Positions 61,590 through 64,000 of a DNA stretch of 64,000 nucleotides are shown here, piece after piece; positions within the stretch are counted from its first letter, which is position 1; every line of letters starts with the position of its first letter. The DNA comes from Clostridia bacterium. GTDB lineage: Bacteria; Bacillota; Clostridia; Oscillospirales; Acutalibacteraceae. The translations under genes and the position numbers were made by a program. The notes under the pieces were generated by a model that did not search any database, was not told the origin of the DNA, and worked only from the letters and a program-made list of their open reading frames with translations. The stretch lies in contig JAFQRA010000034.1 of assembly GCA_017410325.1 (NCBI GenBank), positions 64,188-128,187 of the forward strand. The letters are read 5' to 3'.

Positions 61590-62600
61590 ATGGCAATTCT
61601 TGTAACGGGCGGTGCAGGCTATATCGGCTCGCACACCTCAATTGAGCTTATCAAAGAGGGCTATGACGTTATTATACTCGATAACTTCTATAACAGCAAG
61701 CCCGAAGCGCTGAATAGAATCAAAAAAATTTCGGGCGGCGATTTTAAATTCTACGAATGTGACATCCGCGACAAGGCAGGGCTTGACAAGGTCTTTGCCG
61801 AAAACGATATTGAAGCGGTTATTCACTTTGCGGGTCTGAAGGCTGTAGGCGAAAGCTGCCGCAAGCCCCTTGAGTATTACGAAAACAACATCGGCGGCAC
61901 GGTAACGCTTTGTCAGGCTATGCGTGACGCAGGCTGTAAGAAAATCGTTTTCAGCTCGTCCGCTACCGTTTACGGCAGCAATAATCCTTCGCCCCTTCGC
62001 GAGGATATGCCCGCAGGCGGCACGACTAACCCCTACGGCACGACAAAGCTCTATATCGAAACCGTGCTTTCCGACCTTTATAAGTCCGATAACGAGTGGA
62101 GCGTTGTAATTCTCCGTTACTTCAACCCCATCGGCGCACACAAGTCGGGCCTTATAGGCGAAGACCCCAACGGAATTCCGAATAACCTTATGCCCTATAT
62201 CACGCAGGTTGCTATCGGCAAGCTTGACCACCTCGGCGTATTCGGCAACGATTATCCGACACACGACGGTACGGGTGTTCGTGATTATATTCATGTTGTT
62301 GACCTTGCGTTGGGTCACCTTTGCGCAGTCAAAAAGGCTTGCTCGGGCACGGGCTGTAACGTTTACAACCTCGGCACGGGCAACGGCTACAGCGTGCTTG
62401 ACGTTGTAAAGGCTTTCGAGAAAGCAAGCGGCGTTGAGATTAAGTACGTCATCGGTCCGAGAAGAGACGGCGATATTGCAACCTGCTATTCCGACCCGTC
62501 AAAGGCGAAGGCAGAGCTTGGCTGGGAAGCAAAGTTCGGTATTGACGAAATGTGTGCCGACTCCTGGAACTGGCAGAAAAACAATCCGCAGGGACTGTAA
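61590..62600 (+). CDS. galE: UDP-glucose 4-epimerase
   Basis: 336 aa. [13 protein letters not shown], the YGTTK catalytic motif, and a GalE C-terminus. Confidence 0.93.
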   Translation: MAILVTGGAGYIGSHTSIELIKEGYDVIILDNFYNSKPEALNRIKKISGGDFKFYECDIRDKAGLDKVFAENDIEAVIHFAGLKAVGESCRKPLEYYENNIGGTVTLCQAMRDAGCKKIVFSSSATVYGSNNPSPLREDMPAGGTTNPYGTTKLYIETVLSDLYKSDNEWSVVILRYFNPIGAHKSGLIGEDPNGIPNNLMPYITQVAIGKLDHLGVFGNDYPTHDGTGVRDYIHVVDLALGHLCAVKKACSGTGCNVYNLGTGNGYSVLDVVKAFEKASGVEIKYVIGPRRDGDIATCYSDPSKAKAELGWEAKFGIDEMCADSWNWQKNNPQGL

Positions 62601-62623
62601 TATAAAGAGAAAGGGTAAACAAT

Positions 62624-64000
62624 ATGGCTAAACGAGAAGGATATGTAGTTCCTAAAAAAGAACTGAATATGTTCGCTATAGGCGCAATGGGTCAGGGTAT
62701 GATTTACGCTATGATGTCAAGCTATATCAGCGACTATTACGTAAACGTTTTACAGCTTCCGCTTGTGTTCGTGCTTGTGCTTATGCTTGCCGCAAGAATA
62801 TGGGACGCTATCAACGACCCGCTTATGGGTATGATTGCTGACCGCAGACAGCCCACGAAGCTCGGCAAAATGAAGAAGTATATTCTTTACGCAGTGCCTC
62901 CCATTGCCGTGCTTACCTTGCTCATGTACTATGCGCCGGATATGAGCACAACCTCGCTTATGATTTACGCCGCAGTAACCTACATTCTGTGGGGTATGGC
63001 GTATACAATGGCGGACGTTCCGTTCTGGGGCCTGCCCAACCTTATGACCCCAAGCGCAGAGGAAAGAGGCTACGTTATTTCCTACACCAAAAACCTCAAC
63101 GGTATCGGTTCGGCACTGCCGGAGGTGCTGTTCCTCGTTGCAGGCTTCACCCTTCCCGCGCTTTTGGGCACAACGGGTCTTGAATACGAAAAACAGCGCT
63201 ATTTCATAATTGCACTTGTTGCCGTCGTAATCGGAACCGTAATGTACGGCAACTGCTACCGCCACATAAACGAGCGCGTTATTCCGCCCGTAAAGCAGCG
63301 TCAGCCCGGCGAGCCCTCAAGCCTTAAGAGAATCTTTACCTGCAAGCCGCTTATGCTCGTTGTTGCAATGGGTGTTCTCTCCAGCGGCAGATATATGGTG
63401 CAGGCTGCCGCCGTTCACGTTGCAAGATACGCTTTCTACATCGGCCCTGAGCTCACGCCCGATATGAGCCTTGCCGACAGAACGAAGTATATTTCGCAGA
63501 GCGTTTCGTCCGTAAAGACGATTTTCCAGGTTTGCGCCATCGTCGGTATGTTCGGCGCAATGCTTCTTATGCCCAAGCTTATGAGAAAATTCGATTACAA
63601 AAAAATCGTTATCACAACCTGTCTTGCGGGCTTTGTTGCAAGCATTTTCACAACGCTTATCGGCTGGTTTACCGCTAACCTTTACATCTGTATTCCGTTT
63701 ATTCTTATTTCCTGCATTCCTCTCGGTGTTCTCAACGTTGTTTCCAACGCTATGATTGGCGACTGCCTTGACTATCTTGAGCTTAAAACGGGCTTCCGTG
63801 ACAACGGTCTGGGCTCAGCCTGCCAGGGTTTTGTAAATAAGCTGGGCAACGCACTTGCCACAAGCGGAATTATTCTGATGTATATGTTTATCGACATTGA
63901 CCCCTCAATGATGCTCAGCAGTGAGGTCGTAGTTGCCGCAACGGAGCTTACGAGAACGCAGAACTTTGCAATGTTCTCGCTCGTTTCAATCGTTCCCGGT
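62624..64000 (+). CDS. GPH-family glycoside/pentoside/hexuronide:cation symporter (3' end outside window)
   Basis: This ORF is absent from the ORF track because no stop lies in the window. My own translation from ATG 62624 (after AAGGG) gives MAKREGYVVPKKELNMFAIGAMGQG...ARIWDAINDPLMGMIADR, the MelB/GPH signature. The frame stays open to 64000. Confidence 0.8.
   Translation, partial: MAKREGYVVPKKELNMFAIGAMGQGMIYAMMSSYISDYYVNVLQLPLVFVLVLMLAARIWDAINDPLMGMIADRRQPTKLGKMKKYILYAVPPIAVLTLLMYYAPDMSTTSLMIYAAVTYILWGMAYTMADVPFWGLPNLMTPSAEERGYVISYTKNLNGIGSALPEVLFLVAGFTLPALLGTTGLEYEKQRYFIIALVAVVIGTVMYGNCYRHINERVIPPVKQRQPGEPSSLKRIFTCKPLMLVVAMGVLSSGRYMVQAAAVHVARYAFYIGPELTPDMSLADRTKYISQSVSSVKTIFQVCAIVGMFGAMLLMPKLMRKFDYKKIVITTCLAGFVASIFTTLIGWFTANLYICIPFILISCIPLGVLNVVSNAMIGDCLDYLELKTGFRDNGLGSACQGFVNKLGNALATSGIILMYMFIDIDPSMMLSSEVVVAATELTRTQNFAMFSLVSIVPG

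Noticed and set aside
62750-63265. 171-aa minus-strand ORF
   Set aside because: It is antisense to the GPH symporter gene, which I translated by hand, and its His/Cys/Lys-rich sequence has no recognisable domain.

Overview
This 64-kb chromosomal window looks like a spore-forming Clostridia-type Firmicute, probably Oscillospiraceae/Ruminococcaceae-like. That inference rests on spoIIE, spoVAD, gene order and protein style; no search was run.

Core content:
- A complete rimP-nusA-ylxR-infB-rbfA-nrnA-truB-ribF operon on the minus strand.
- rlmB, rsmA, galE, spoIIE, spoVAD, degV, tRNA-Gly(GCC) and tRNA-Leu(CAA).
- A TPP riboswitch upstream of thiT and a yybP-ykoY (Mn) riboswitch upstream of mntP.

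Accessory content:
- A non-canonical glycan locus at about 18.2-29.4 kb. It has a priming phosphotransferase, two NDP-sugar dehydrogenases, a GT2, a divergent MurA paralog, a DPPR-synthase-like UbiA prenyltransferase, a GT-C-like polytopic protein, an AI-2E permease and a beta-helix protein. No Wzx, Wzy or ABC exporter is visible.
- Several secreted hydrolases (GH38, GH16, DUF4838, lipase/esterases).
- An ECF sigma / anti-sigma-like / serpin operon.
- An orphan SdpR/SdpI immunity pair.
- A stand-alone GMP synthase ATP-PPase subunit.
- A 948-aa P1B-ATPase homolog whose catalytic motifs are all degenerate.
- Two small AT-rich XRE-regulator islands.

The most unusual signal is at the DNA level. 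At least three GC-rich families of GTAGGG-headed palindromes are arranged as inverted, sometimes nested, doublets (REP/REPIN-like). They sit alongside a frame-broken REP-associated Y1 transposase (RAYT-like) gene. That gene carries one of these palindrome pairs in-frame inside its own ORF, on both sides of the HUH motif. AT-rich hairpin and heptamer repeat arrays also occur near the tRNA genes.

All functional calls come from reading translated motifs and from memory of protein families. No database search was possible.
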